64,000 bases of DNA. Origin: Curvularia clavata (taxonomy: Eukaryota). The DNA lies in contig CP089280.1 of the NCBI GenBank assembly GCA_023920165.1, forward strand, positions 2,418,001 through 2,482,000, written 5' to 3'. Within the stretch, counting starts at the first letter, position 1. Every line of letters begins with the position of its first letter. The position numbers were made by a program, and so were the translations under genes. Under the pieces are notes generated by a model. The model ran no database searches, was not told where the DNA came from, and worked only from the letters and a program-made list of their open reading frames with translations. Of this stretch, positions 12,611 through 26,596 are shown piece by piece.

Positions 12611-13885
12611 ATGAGGCTCACATTCTTGCCTCGCCCGTCACCCACATGCAGGAAACGCAGTCGACCTGCCGCCGATATAGACGGCGAGCATTCGTGCGTG
12701 CAGAAAAAGAAGCGCCGACTCCGACTATTTCTTATTACATCTCGGCTATCCCCCCAGTTTTCTCACCCCGCATCCAATATTGTCGACCGCGGTAGCTCAA
12801 AGATTGCAGTATGGGCCAAGCAAAAGGCACTCGGACGGAACCTACTCCCAAAAGCGGCCATCTTGAACGGCATCCGGAGACGAAATCTTGTCATGAGGGA
12901 TCCCCATGGACTAGATGGCCGCGTATCGATTGTCCAGGAGAAGGAAGAAGCACATCTTGAACTGGCTCGTTTAGAATTCACTCACGGCAGTGTTGACACG
13001 TATACCCATCCAGTCCTGTTGCAAGAACCGTCAGTCCCGCCAAGCGCCGCGATACGGACCGGCAATCGCTTTGTCGTATCTGGTTCACCTGCCAGTTCCC
13101 CAAGCTCTTCAAGAAGCTCTTCGCCCACCTCACATGGTTCACCCACATCGGGTCCTGATGAGACGACATCGTTCCGATCACCAAACGAAGCATGGGTTCC
13201 AACCACTACTCCCACAAGGGGGTACTCATCGCGCAAAGACTATCATCCCCTACCACCATCTCCGCTAGGCATCTCAAACTACGATGCTTTCGACGTGGAG
13301 GAAGAAGTGGACCCCTATGCTCATCTGGACGATGAAGACGAGCTATTGCCAAGCCCGTTTGATGACGAAGATGACGAGACAGTCCCCTTTTCTCCGTCAG
13401 CCGCCACGAATGCTCCTACAACAGTACACACGAGTACTGTTCATGCTGCCAGCATGTATCCCGACTGCAGCATGCTGGGCTATGACCTCGTCGACAATGA
13501 AGCCGACGCGGCATGGCCAAACATATTTACAGCCTCTCGTTCTGTGCCAAAGCGGACAGACTCTTTTGCCACATCGCCAAACTTCCGTCCCAGCATACCA
13601 AAGAAGTCGGTATCTCCAGACATGGCTGCGACGACGACACCCGCATCACCAAATTTTATGGCATCGACCCCTGTACTACCAAGCTTGGTATCATCAACAC
13701 CTAAATCACCGAGTCTCACGCCGGTAGCAATCTCGCCCAATTTTGTTCCTGTCATGGCACCGGCGTCGGTGTCTCCTGAGTTCCCAGCATTGGCGGCAGG
13801 AATCTCCACCTCACCCAACTTTTCGCCAGCACTCATGTCGGCGAATCCGTCTTGGGTGAAGAAGGTGTCGTCGATTGATGAGTAG
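12611..13885 (+). CDS. Hypothetical fungal protein: basic N-terminal domain and S/P-rich disordered tail
   Basis: Long ORF open from 12368. Likely start ATG 12611 (MRLTFLPRP..KKKRRLRLFLITSRLSPQFSHPASNI..KIAVWAKQK..KAAILN). Start is uncertain. Confidence 0.75.
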   Translation: MRLTFLPRPSPTCRKRSRPAADIDGEHSCVQKKKRRLRLFLITSRLSPQFSHPASNIVDRGSSKIAVWAKQKALGRNLLPKAAILNGIRRRNLVMRDPHGLDGRVSIVQEKEEAHLELARLEFTHGSVDTYTHPVLLQEPSVPPSAAIRTGNRFVVSGSPASSPSSSRSSSPTSHGSPTSGPDETTSFRSPNEAWVPTTTPTRGYSSRKDYHPLPPSPLGISNYDAFDVEEEVDPYAHLDDEDELLPSPFDDEDDETVPFSPSAATNAPTTVHTSTVHAASMYPDCSMLGYDLVDNEADAAWPNIFTASRSVPKRTDSFATSPNFRPSIPKKSVSPDMAATTTPASPNFMASTPVLPSLVSSTPKSPSLTPVAISPNFVPVMAPASVSPEFPALAAGISTSPNFSPALMSANPSWVKKVSSIDE

Positions 13886-14320
13886 GACTGTGAAGTGGGT
13901 GGTATCTTTCTATCCAAAAAAAAGACTTTATGTCTTCAGGTGTTTGCATGGGAATAGGCATGATGAGGCCGTGTATAACGCGCTTGTATAACTATATCAT
14001 CTTTTACGGCTATATGAAAGAAAAAAGCATATGGAGTAACAAAAAACGAGGGGGGGGGGGTTAAGAAAAAACGACTTGGATAAGCATGAACAGGACTGAG
14101 GTTCTAGTGCATTGGGGGAAGCCTGTGCTGCATCTTGATGCATTGTTTCTGTGTAACATGTCGTGTATGTATCTGTATGGGTTGGGGGAGTTTGATTTGA
14201 TGTAGCATTTCGGGAGCATAGGATTATTCAAGTACACATATGAACATTTCGATTTATTGTCTTGAAGTTTGGTTATGTCCCTTTTCTCTACCGTCCCCCA
14301 CCTCCACCACCACTTACTTC

Positions 14321-14923
14321 TTACTCGTGATGCAGCTTAGACGCCCGATCTAGGGCAATATCGCACATGGCCTGAATGGCCTCTAGTCGCTCAGCCTGAA
14401 TATCCTTGCGCGCAATGCGCTCACGCATATTCTGCATGATTTCTGGCCTTGGGCGGCCATTGACAAAAACCCTGTATCGTTTCCATTAGTACCCCAAGGA
14501 AAACGACGCCGACTAGTAAAGAAACAAGAGTGGAAGAACATACACATATCTCAATCCCGGAAACACAGCCTCATACTCGGCATTCAACCTCGCCAACTCT
14601 TCCGCCTCGCCCTCCTTGCCCCCCTGCAACCCCGCCTGCTCAGCTCGACTCTGCTCGCTCTCGACTTTCTTCTCGCCCAGCCGCGGATGAGCACACAGAA
14701 TAGTGTCCAGACGCTGGGTATCGGAAGAGGTAGCCAGAGCGCGCAGTTGGGTCCCCACGGCGACGATTAGCGTCGCGTACGAAGGGAAAGTGGTGGAGCG
14801 CAGTACGGGGAGCGACAGGGAGTGTAGGATTTCGCTGGGCTCGAAGAGGAGGTCGAGAACTTGGGTTAGTTGGGAATCGGGGGCATGGGGGAGCGAGGAG
14901 ATGGAGGGGAGCGAAGGCGGCAT
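14321..14923 (-). CDS. OHCU (2-oxo-4-hydroxy-4-carboxy-5-ureidoimidazoline) decarboxylase
   Basis: LDLLFEPS, ILCAHPRLG, SRAEQA, LNAEYEAVFPGLRYV|intron|VFVNGR..AMCDIALDRA; stop at 14321-14323. Confidence 0.9.
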
Positions 14924-16520
14924 GCTTTCGTCTGGATTCGTCTGGTGTGGTATAGGCTGGTTTGAGGCTTGTTGCTTTTTTTCTTCTTCTTTCCCCGTTG
15001 GAGACCGGATTGGAGACCGTTGATTATCCTCGTTCTCGTTCTTTTGCTTTTTCCTTCTGGCTGGGGCTAGTGGACCAGCGGGGGAGGTGTGGTGCTAAAA
15101 AGGTGTTTGTTGGTGGGGTGGAAGTGTTGACAGAGAGTGACGGTGGTGGTGGTGCAGACAAGCCAACTTTTTTTCTTGTCTTGTCTTCTCTCGAGTGCTC
15201 GGCTCGGCCGCTGCCGTCCGATCAGCGATGCGGTGCCAGCTGCATGGTGTACAAGTAGATATGCGGGTCGAGTGTGCAGGCTGCAAGGGGCGACCAAGAT
15301 GGTAGTCCTGTGACTGGCCTTGGGCCCGTACGGGTGCGGGGCAGAGGCGATAGCGGCGTTATGGTTCTCTGGGTCTTTGGCAGACGGTGGCTCTCTAGCT
15401 CTCCGCTAGCTGTCCGCTTCTCTGGACGTGTGCTGTCTGTTGGCAGCAGATGACCACGAAGAATTGTGGCGTATGTGTGCATTTTGGTGTCATAATAAAG
15501 AAAGAAAAGTTGACATGGTACTTGGCAGAGTGTGGTTGTATAGCCGACTACCTATTGCCAAGAGATTTTTGGACCAAAGTAGCAGGAAAGACGTGTAATA
15601 GAGAGCCTGGGATATCACCAATCTTGCTTGTACGACACACATTATACTCGACAGACGAACATGGCCCAGGCTGATATGCGAAACAGCGGATTGCTTCTTC
15701 CCCGTCTAGTCCCCATCTGTGCTGTCGTCACGCAATTCAACGGCCGGCCACGCGCAATCCCGCAGTCTGGGGCAACACAACACCCGCCATACATATGCTG
15801 AAAACTCACTCCCCACCACCACTCGTCGTGCCCTCGATATCGTCACCGGCCTCATGCACAGCGGCTGGCTGCGACTGTCTGCGCTTCAGGAACACTGATG
15901 GCATTGTGCTGGGTTCCTGCGTTGGTCCATCAATGCAGGCCCATTGCCACATGGGGGCGCGCAAGACGGTACCCTAAGTCTGATAGTGCAGACACGGCAG
16001 ACGCCGTGTCCAAAGGGCCTTTGGAGTCGACTCTTGTCTTGTAGTATTCTGGACTTGGACGGACGTGCTGTACCGGTCGAGGACAGAGGTCGGGCCGGCA
16101 CTTCAGAGGGGCGTCCGCGCTGGGCGTCCCACGTCCCCATAGTAGCAGCGCGCCGGCCCAACCCCTGGCGTGAGCCATGTGCCTGAAACGCCGTGTCTCC
16201 ACGCTCGCCCGTCCATCTGCACTTCACTGCCAGTTTCTCTCTCTCGTGCAGGCTCAGTGCCCGCCACTCTCTCCATGGCCCGTGTCGTGCTCGTCTGAGA
16301 CTCGCTGTCACTGCTCTGTCTGCTTGTGCTCGACTCGACAAACTGCGCATCCCCGGCCGTGGCCAGCCAGCCCCCCTGTCCAGCTCGGGCCTCCTGGATA
16401 TCTTGATTCCCCGTCGCCTGCCAACAGCGACGTCCAAAAAGAAAGCAGCCTCTCTGCTCTGAATACGCACGGCTTTGGACTGCTTGTCCCCACTCGCTCT
16501 GCTCCACGCCGTTCATCATC

Positions 16521-19500
16521 ATGTCGCTCAACGGCCTAGACAATGTAGAAGTTACACAGGCCTATCAGGGCGCCCTTGCCGAGGCGGGCGGTTGGTACGA
16601 CTCTCTCTCTTACTCTGGCCCTGTTGCGCGCGCTCCCCAGCTGACATTGCTTTGTGGCTTATAGGTTTCTGCTGCACTACACTTCCAGAGACTCTGTCCA
16701 AGTACTCAAGCGGGGAACTGGCGGAGCCGGCGAGGCGCGTGCTGCCGTCGCCCAGTACGAGGAAAAGTCACCGCTCTATGGCCTCTTGTTGTATCGCCGC
16801 CGCAAGGTCTTGGTCAAATACGTCCCCGACGGAACTTCGCGCCTGCTGCAAGGTACCGCACCACCCCCTCCCCCCCCAATGCGCGCTTCGCCCCATGGCT
16901 TGCTGCTGACTGTTTCTTATAGCACGTGTCGCTGTCCACTTCATCAACATCTCAGAGAAGTTTGCGCCTCACGACATTGTCTTGTCCGTCTCCACCCCAG
17001 AGGAACTTAGCGATGCCGCTCTCGCCTCCGCCTGCAGTCTACACACAGCCGCTCCCTCGAGCTCTTCCTCTAGCGGCTCGTCGCGCGGCCCAAAACTCAG
17101 CTGGATCCCGGAGACCGCTGAGGAAACATGGCACCAAGATGGAGAAGTGAAGTTGGCATCCGAGACGGCCGAAGAAAGCACACCCACCATCATGGAACCA
17201 TCCGGAGGCAGTCATGACGATGAGCCAAAACGGAGCGGTTCCATTACTTCGCAAACCGAGTCAGTCCCGCTGATCCTGGAAGAAAAGGTCGTGGGCCACA
17301 AGATAACGCCGCACATCTCCCATGTCACCGTGGAGACAGTAACAGAGGGATCCAAGGCGACAGAAGACACGGATGTGTCCAATGTGCAAGACACGTTCAA
17401 AAACTACGACTCGCTGTTCGAGGGTGGGCCCGAGCCGAGGAGCTCATCGCAGACGACGCGGCCAGACTACAACGAGTTGTACGAGCACTACTACGCCCAG
17501 TACACGAAGCCCAAGGTCAAATTGGGTCCACGGCCGCGCCAGTCGCTCGAGGGCAAGCGTCCAGCCACGTCAGGAAACACGTCACAGGACCTTGCACGAC
17601 AGGTGTCCTCGCTACCTGCGGGGCTGCGCTCTGCAACGCGAAAGCCCCAGAAGGAGTCCAAGACTGCTTCGTCTAGCACTGTTCCTGCTATTGCGATTCC
17701 TCCGCCGCTCGAGGTGCCTCCAATGCCCCAAGTGCCACAATCCCCGGTTTCGTCGCTATACTCCCCACGTTCGCCTGTCAGTGTGAAATCTATGCCTGTT
17801 AGTGCGTACAAGAGCCACCTTCGCGCTACGGGAACAACACAAGAGCGGACAAGGCTGATGAAGGCTCTGGAACTGCGCAAGAAGCAGCAACAAGCCCAAC
17901 AGGCGAAGAAGGACAAGGCCGCTGAAGAGGCCGCTGAGGGGTCGACTGTAGATACTGGGATGCCCACCAAAGGAGATGGCGACGCGGGGGTTGATCAAAT
18001 TTCCGGAGAGCGCGCGACCGACTCCGCGGAAACTACCCCTACCTTACGTGACAACGGTGAGGAGAAACCAGAGGACGAAGAAGACGAGAAGGATGGAGAA
18101 GGAGAACAAGGAGAGCAGCCCGACACGGACAAAGAGACATTGCTTGGTGATCACCTGCCCAGTTCCCAGCGCCCAAGCAGTTCAGGGCTGGCGTTCACGG
18201 ACAACCCACCCGAGCCAGACGACCTGAATTCCACTGTGTCGATATCCTCGCCCATATCCGCCCAAACTCACGGTTCATCTGGTGCACCATCAACACGGCC
18301 GTCGTCCCTGTCCGAAGATGAGACTGGACTAGACGACCCACAAAAATGCCAGGGTACGCTAGAGCCCCAAGCTCCTGATCCCTTAGACGAAGAACAGTCC
18401 GTCGACAGTACTCCCACCGTGGTTGCGGACAGCACCACTTCCTCTCCCCCCACCGACACCCAAGACCAACACACCCAAGGACCATCCATCACTCAACGGG
18501 CGCCCTCTTTCGACGATGCAGACAGCAGCAGGAGGCACACGCTGAGGCCCGCCGACAACGACACCGAAACGCGCCGTCGCTCGAACCGGGAGTCGACCAT
18601 ATACATGCCGTCAGATGAGGCACTCCGGCCGGAACAGCAATCCGCCACAAAGAGCAACAGAGAGTCTATGCTGTTGCCCGCTGGTTCTAAGAGGGACAGT
18701 TGGTTTGAGGCCAAGGGGAAGCGCCGTGCGCTCCTTGACCCACTCCACGTCAGTGCGGAAAACTCCGAGACTGAATACCTGTCCGACGACTCCTTCATGG
18801 AAGAGCTTCAGAGCGCTACAGTGCATGAGGCCAAACCCATGTCGGTGTCCAAGTCACCTATCATGCCCTTCTTTCCACGCAAGTCGCCTTCGCAAGCCGA
18901 GCTGTCAACGCCGCCGAGATCAGCATCGTCAAATTACCCTACTCTTACGCGTCCCTCACCCGAACAACCTGTCGCCCGCAAGGTGTCTGGCGGATGGCCT
19001 CCGCCAACAAAGTCGGACACGGCGGCTCCAAAGAAGATCAATGTTTCTTCTGGCATCTCGCAGAGAATCAAAGCACTTGCTGAGAAGACAAACAGGGAAT
19101 CAACCTCTATAAATCCCGCTACCTTGAGTGCACCAAGTTCGTCCGTTGCTCAACGCAAGTCTTCTTTCTTTGCCTCATCGCCCCTCGAGACGTCGCCAAA
19201 TGGATTGTCTGCCTCGCGTGGTGGAAGCCCACTGCTGCGGCCCTCATCTTCAGCATCCATGATTGATAGAAAGCCGTTGGGCCCAATCAAGGCAACGGTA
19301 TACAACGTACAGCAGGGGGCCGAGAAGCCAGAGTCTGTCCAGGTCACTGCCCGCATCGTTCGTGACGAGCGAATTATGAACCCAACCTTGGCGATGCCGA
19401 CCGAGAGCACGCCACTGGACCTCCACCAAAGCCCTCTTATCATTGACCACCACCAGGCCATTGTCCCACCCAAGAGCCCTCCTCAGGTGAAGCAGGAACC

Positions 19501-20253
19501 GCCGGCTTCTCGAGACACGTCGTCATCGCACTCCCGGGAGCAGAGCCAGGCGCCTTCGCGGACATCTTCGGAGAGCACGTGGAGGAGCTTTGGTCGCCGG
19601 ATGAGTGAGACCAAGTCGATTCACAGCCATGATGGTGACGAGAAGAAGGACGATAAGAAGGAAAAGAAGGAATCGCGCACGACCAAGATGTTCAAGCGCA
19701 TGTCTTCATCCATGTCCTCGATGCCCTGGAAGAACTCGAGCAGCAACGGCAGCTTGACGTTGCCGGAGAACGACATGCGGTCCACGTCTTTGGCGTCGCT
19801 GCGGGAGCCCCCGCCCCCGATGCACGTGGGCGATCTGAATGTCCAGTTTCCAGACACCTTGGTAAGTTTGATCCCACAGATACTCGTTTGGCTCCATGTG
19901 CTAATTTTGTAACAGCTTTGGAAGCGAAGATGGGTCGAGATCGACTCGATGGGAAATCTCGTCCTCAGCCCCTCCAAGCACAATGAGAAGGGCATTGTGA
20001 AGCGCTTCCACCTCAGCGACTTCCGCACACCGTACCCCCCGGACCAGGATCGACAGGAGCTGCCCAACAGCGTTGTCCTGGATTTCGTCGACGGCCGAAC
20101 CCTGCAGTGTGCTTGCGAGACACACGTGGCGCAAGCTCAGGTTTTGCAAAGTAAGTATTTGTGTTTCAGTGGTGACATGGCATGGATGCTAACTCGCACG
20201 CAGTCCTCCGTGAAGCGCACGATGCTTGGCTGGCATACAACCAGGCGCTGTAG
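16521..20253 (+). CDS. Large protein: N-terminal ADF-H (cofilin-like) domain, long disordered middle, C-terminal PH-like domain
   Basis: Spliced N-terminus MSLNGLD..GGW|FLLHYTSRD..PLYGLLLYRRRKVLVKYVPDGTSRLLQ|ARVAVHF. C-terminus GDLNVQFPDTL|LWKRRWVEIDSMGNLVL..NSVVLDFVDGRTLQCACE..|ILREAHDAW..stop 20251-20253. Confidence 0.8.
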
Positions 20254-21306
20254 AGCCTTGATCCTACAGTACCTATACCCTCATTAGATTTTGTTTCCTT
20301 TTTTCTATCCCACCTGGATGCATCATCTGGCGGCTGTTGATCCCCCTTTTTTTCTTTGTCACGACGTACGACTACAGCATCAGGCACTACCCTTTTTCCT
20401 TGTGTGTTAGATACAAAAGGTTCTACACTGGGGCTGTATCACTCTCCTTGCCTACCTTCTACTCATTACACCTTGTTTTATTCTAGATACTCTTTTTTTC
20501 CTTTTGCATACCCGTCGGTTTAGCGTTGAGAGAGCTCAGGGGAGGCCATCTGGCAGGCTTGCAGCACCATCATCTTTTCTTCACCCGTTTTCTGGCTCAA
20601 AAGGACCAATTTGTATAATATATAATGCTGCACTGGGAGGCAGGCAGGCAGGCAGAGTCCTGCTGCTGTTTCCAGGCCGCGGCGGCGAATGTAGTCTGGA
20701 TGGCTAGAATGCAAGAGAGCAGTAGTCCCCGCTTGAGGGACTGTGCAGCTGGTGTGCCTGGAGCCTCCTCGTGACAGTTGATGTTCATGTGCAAGCATGG
20801 TAGTCCTCGGCCAGTGGCGGGCTGGGCGTGGCTTAGCGGGGCGTTCGGCCCAGGGTGTGTTAGCGAACGCCTGGCGTGGCGTCGTCATACATGCATCTTG
20901 CATTTGATGAGTGCGAGCATGTGCCTGTCGTAGACGGCGTCAATGGGCCATGATGCACCGCGCGATAGGGCCTAATCTTGCCCTCAGCCTCCCCAGGGCC
21001 GCATTGCGCTTCTCTCTCTCTTTCTTCCCCTCTGACTAGCACCCTCCTGGCCCAGCAAAACAAAAGCTACCCGCTCTCCAGACACGCCCCTTGAACTCCG
21101 CATTCCGCGCGTATCCAAGAGCCGCCGCCGTTACACACACCACTCTCGGTCCTTCGCCCCGTTGTCACGGCGCATCCTGCAGCTCCAAGCCGCCCGGACG
21201 AACAGACACTCCCGTTTGGGCCGCTGTAGCCGTCATCGCCTTGCGTGCTGCTGTGTCCGCCGTAGCTATAAGCGTCTGTCCCACCTGCTTGAGCTTCCTT
21301 CGAACC

Positions 21307-22786
21307 ATGTCGGCCTCGTCCTCAGCCCACCCTTTTGCTTCTCCCAACGCCATTCCGCCCCGCACAAGCTCCACGGGCATCTTGAACCCTAGCTCCGGCA
21401 GTCTTAGGCAGCCATCTTCGCGAACGTCGGTTCTGCGCCCGCTTAGCGAGATCGACTGGCTGGGTCAGAGCAAGAAAAGCAAGACAAGCCACTCCGCCGA
21501 GCCGCTGAATGCACATCAACCAGATCAGCAGCCACAAGCCACAGCGCCCTACCTGAACTCCAATCCGCTTTCGTCTGCTGCCGACCGCGCCGACTCCAAC
21601 ATGGACAACACGCAGCACCCGACCGCAAGCTTGGACGAAGCCTCAAACTACCCCACCCCTCTATCCCCGCCCTCGGAACACGCAAAAGGCATTGGCGAAG
21701 AGCTCATTTACGGAAATGGCGTTGCCTGGACAGAGGAGAAGGAGCGCATATTACTGGGGCCGTACGACTACCTGTATGGGCACCCGGGCAAAGACATTCG
21801 CAGTCAGTGCATAGCCGCCTTCAACCAGTGGCTCAAGGTGCCGCCAGAAAGACTGGACATTATCACAAAAGTGGTGGGTATGTTGCATACCTCGAGTCTG
21901 CTGTATGTATCCCAACCTGTCTCTGTGAGACCTCTTGCGCTGCACAGCTGATTCTAGTTCCGCAGCGTCGACGATGTAGAAGACTCGTCTGTCCTGCGCC
22001 GCGGTATCCCCGTCGCTCACGCAATATTCGGCACTCCGCAAACCATAAACTCCGCAAACTACGTCTACTTTCGCGCCCTGTCTCTCCTGCTGTCCATGAA
22101 TAATCCCAAGCTGATTGAGATATTCACAGAGGAGCTGCTGAATCTGCATAGGGGGCAGGGCATGGATCTCTACTGGAGAGACAGTCTAACATGTCCAAGT
22201 GAAGCAGACTACCTGGAGATGGTGGGCAACAAGACGGGCGGCCTATTCCGCTTAGCCATTAAACTCATGCAAGCAGAGTCACAAGTAGAAGTGTATGTCT
22301 CTGTTTTTCTCTCGAAGCTCTCCCGCTACAACAAATCCAAGAATCCATCTAGCAATAAGCAAAGTAGCTAACATCCCACACAGCGACTGCGCCCCTCTCG
22401 TCTCCACCATCGGCCTCCTCTTCCAAATCCTCGACGACCACCTCAACCTCTCACCTACATCGGGCTACGCCTCGCTCAAAGGCCTCTGCGAAGACCTCAC
22501 AGAAGGCAAATTCAGCTTCCCTGTTATCCACGCCATACGCGCCGACCCGGCAAACCAGATCCTGATCAACATCCTCAAGCAAAAGACCACCGACGAAGAG
22601 GTCAAGCGCTATGCCCTGCGCTACATGGAGAGTAAAGGTAGCTTCGAATATAGCAAACGCGTTATTAGCGAGTTGAGAGGAAAGGTGGAAGAGCATGTGA
22701 AGAAGATTGAAGCACTGCTGGGGGAGGAGGGGAGGGACGGCGCCGAAGCGCTGAGGGTCATGTTGGGGAGATTGGTGCTGAGGTGA
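21307..22786 (+). CDS. GGS1: Geranylgeranyl diphosphate synthase (al-3/BTS1/GGS1 type)
   Basis: [27 protein letters not shown] (first Asp-rich motif), [42 protein letters not shown]; two introns. Confidence 0.95.
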
Positions 22787-23566
22787 TGTGCATGGCATGG
22801 TGGATGATAACCTGGGTTCTTTGTTGATATTGTGCATCTTTGTGACGATAAAAAATGATGATTTTAAGCTTGTTCATGGCTTGGATACTGGGTGGGAGGA
22901 GTCAAAGATGATGATGATGATTTAGTTCTTCTCTCGTTCGGATGGAGAAGCACAGATGTAGCAATACCCATTTTTGTAGTGCTAGCGTGGTATTGATCAC
23001 AGGTTTAGAGGTTCGTTGTGTCAGGTTGGCCAAGTACTCGTGTCTACTATGTTTACATGGGAGTTGGTAGCTTGACTCTCCCAGAATGAGTGGAACTGGA
23101 AAGTAGGCGATATATTTTTTTGAAAGTAGTAATTATCTAATGTCTACTATTACTTGCAAATTTGCTTTCAAAAGAAGCTGCAGTTACTACAGTCATTTGT
23201 TATTGAGTAGCTTGTCTTTATAGGCACGTAGGTAAGCTCGTCTTGCTTTCTGGTTTAATAGTTGTGGAAGAGACTCTTTACTTTTACCACGTGAAATGTA
23301 CCATCGGCCGCTTACATGCATAGCTCAGGCAGAAATTGTCAATCACCAATGAGATTGTCTGACCATTTTGCGCCGTCGAGTTGATGCCTTGCTAAGCCTC
23401 AGTTGCAGCCTAAGCTAATCCCAAAGCGGATGACATGTGACTTCGCGACATACACTTCACTCAATCTATTAAAGGAACGCGCGAGCGCGTTTATTGTGAC
23501 AGAACACATGCAACATTCGTTTATTTCCTCCACAACCAATCATTAGGGAAATTCTCACAATTCATC

Positions 23567-24590
23567 ATGTCCGACGCCGCAGCTTCTACGCAGACATTTG
23601 CGTCTGGCCGCTACTCGAAGCGCAAGAGGACCCAAGTCACATATCACCTGGACGACCTGGACTATTCAGACACAGAATCTGACTTTGAGATCCCTCAAGC
23701 AAAGGTTCGATGCACCGCCAAGTGCACAAAAATGGCTCATACTAACGGAGCTTTCCCAGAAGCCCAAAGCCAAAACAACATCCAAACCACTCCCACAGCG
23801 CAAGATTTTTCGCTTCTTGGATCTTCCAGCAGAGCTTCGGAACACAATATATAGCTACACTCTCTCCGATCCAGCAGGCATCAACATTGTTGGTGCATTC
23901 AGACATCGGCGCCGCACTGTCATGCGCATGCCTGCGGAATTCGTCAATACCCCAGATGGTCCTCGGAGACGAATTCAAAGATACATGAACGAGAGAAATG
24001 CAGATCACCGCAAGGCTCTTCCACCAATTGTGCCATCACTGCTTGCGGTGAACAAACAAATCTATGCAGAAGCCGTCAACATTCTATACGACAACGAATT
24101 CGTCTTCATCGATAGCTCCTCCCTTTACGCCTTTCTAATCAATTTGGGTCCTTCTGGCGCCCGCCGCCTCAAGTCCATCCGAATCATGGGCTGGCTGCAT
24201 AGCCGCGGAAAAATAACATACAACCACGCTTGCTTTGCCCTTCTCGCCTGGGCCACCAACCTGACTTCTTTACACATCGAATCACCCATCGGCTACTGGC
24301 GATCCACCAATCTTGGAGTCGACCAATTCTACCGCGATGCGTTCCCCTGGATTGAAGCCTTTGGCACCGCAAAAGGCAAACGTGACGCTGCCATTGATAT
24401 TCTGCAGCTGGAAGAGACCTGCTTCCCTAACTGGCGGGACTCCTCTGGCGGCTCCTCGCATGCAGAGAAGGTGAAGAAGTTCAAGGACATGTTGGTTGAT
24501 TACTTAAACAAGCGCCACAATTTGATTATGGCGGGGCCGAGCAAGTCGGCGAAGAAGGCAAAAAAGAAGGCGGCATCGGACGAGGAGTGA
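23567..24590 (+). CDS. Hypothetical protein with F-box-like 'FRFLDLPAELRNTIY' motif
   Basis: Exon 1 from ATG 23567, intron ~23705-23758, then FRFLDLPAELRNTIY..LLAVNKQIYAEAVNILYDNEFVF, a pattern common in Pezizomycotina F-box-like proteins. Confidence 0.75.
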
Positions 24591-24992
24591 TGGCGTGGCA
24601 GAGAAGGAAAGTTGCAGAAGTTGGAGGAAAATATGATAAATTGCATTCCAGCATGTGGTTTTTGGTTTACGAGACAGACACGTTATACCCCCTTACATTC
24701 CACTGGCGTTTTTCACGGACAGTTTTCAGGCCATTGGGAGGACAGAGTTTTTGGTTTTCATTTCTCTCAAGTTCTTCCACAAGTAGCAAAACTAGAAAAA
24801 TAAGAACAAATTCATCTACAAAAAACGGGCTGTTAAATAACTGTGACAAATACAGCTACTTTTAAAAATGGTGGTCTTGGAGGCCACTATTTTCCGGAGC
24901 TGGGCAATAACGTCACTGGGAGCGCTTAGTCAGTTCAACCCCACTAACCGGAATGAGAGAGCAAATTAAGATTCACTATCACCCTCAGCAAA

Positions 24993-26192
24993 ATGTCCTC
25001 AATACGGTCGCTCACGTCTTTCAAGCTCGACTTGCCTCCTAGCTGCATAGAATTTTTCCCGCTCAATCCGCAGTATGCTGTAATTGGCACATACAACCTT
25101 GAGAAGTCGGAGGAAAAGGAAGCCGCAGGGAGCGCACCCCACGATGGCAAAGTCAGTGCCAAAAATCAGCAGCGCAACGGCAGCTTGATATTAGTAAAAG
25201 TGGATGGCGACAACGTGTATGTAGAATGCAACCACGAATCGATGCTTGTGTGCTAGCCGCATACTGACCTTTGAAGCAATATTATCCAGACACTTGCCAC
25301 GCCGTCGGCCATTTTAGACATTCACTTCTTGACGCATGTCACCAGCTCAAACTTTGGCGTTGCGACCTCAACAGGCGCTTTCGCCATCTATGAGCTTCAG
25401 TCGTGGCAGCGCAACCCTAGTATCAGTCACATCAAGACAATCCAGTATTTCCCTGAAGATGTACTCATTACTGCATTTTCTTGGCACCCAGAGTCATTCA
25501 TGGTCGGTATGACGCTTTCCAACGGCCAAGTATGTCTTGGTGTCATCGACACGGAGAGCGAAGATGATGCGCCTACCAAGTTGGAGGTTGCCTCACATGA
25601 CCTGGAGGCTTGGACTCTGGCGTTCCTTCCGGACGGCTCTGGACTACTTTCTGGAGGTGATGACAGTACATTGCGTTTCGCTGAACTGTCGGACGGCTCA
25701 GGTGGAAGCATTCCTTGGATGGACGGGAAGATACACGGTGCGGGTGTTACCGCTATCCTTCCCGTACATCTCGATAGCCAGGGCATTCTGGTCGTTACCG
25801 GTAGTTATGACGACCACATCAGACTTGTCCACATACCTATTTCTGGCCGCAGGCAGGTGCTTGCGGAAAGCAATCTCGGAGGCGGAGTCTGGCGGCTCAA
25901 GCTGCTTGACCGGAATCCCAAGCTGCCAGCGCATCACGGCGTGGAGAAGTGGAGGTCAGAGCCACCGCCTGAGGCTATCCTGCTGCTTGTGAGCTGTATG
26001 CATGCCGGTACCAGGATCGTCAGACTCACGAAGAGTGCCGGGGATTGGAAGATCGAGGTCCTGGCAAAGTTTGAGGAGCATGAGAGTATGAACTATGGTA
26101 GTGATTCTCAACCGGAGCTTAATGGTCAGGGTCAGCGGACGTTCATATCAACAAGTTTCTATGATCGGCTGCTGTGTTTGTGGCGGTACTAG
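24993..26192 (+). CDS. DPH7: Diphthine methyl ester hydrolase, WD40 (Dph7/Rrt2/WDR85)
   Basis: VIGTYNL, HDLEAWTLAF, SGGDDS, HGAGVTAI, TGSYDDHIR, LGGGVWRLK, CMHAG, FEEHESMNYG, TSFYDRLLCLW; one intron at ~25217-25277. Confidence 0.9.
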
Positions 26193-26596
26193 ATAGTTTG
26201 TGGATATGAATATATCGCGTTTTGAACGGATTGACGATGCTAGTGAAAAACCTTGGTGAGGGCTGCTGACACGGTGGGGACGGAATTTGTCATACCCTTT
26301 AAAGATGTAGAGGCGTTCGGGGAGCAGCGCATACCACCCAGCCGTACCAAAGGAGAGTCTTCGAGCACGAAGACCGATCCTTAGCAAGCGATCATGGAAA
26401 CCATCAAAAGGCACAAAAAGCACGGGATGGTTACTCTCTTTCGAAAGCGTGCCCAATCTTGCGGCTATTCTGTAATGTCATAGTCATATTAATAAGTAAT
26501 ATATACTAAGGCAATACAGCTGTCCAAGAGATATACCATATTCTTACGGGATTGTATTTACGTTTAGGATCAGATGTCAAGATACACATAGAACCT

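Noticed and set aside
21091..26192. GGPP synthase as the core of a diterpene or indole-diterpene cluster
   Set aside because: Neighbours are an ADF-H protein, an F-box-like protein and DPH7. No cyclase, P450 or prenyltransferase is present, so it looks like the primary-metabolism enzyme.
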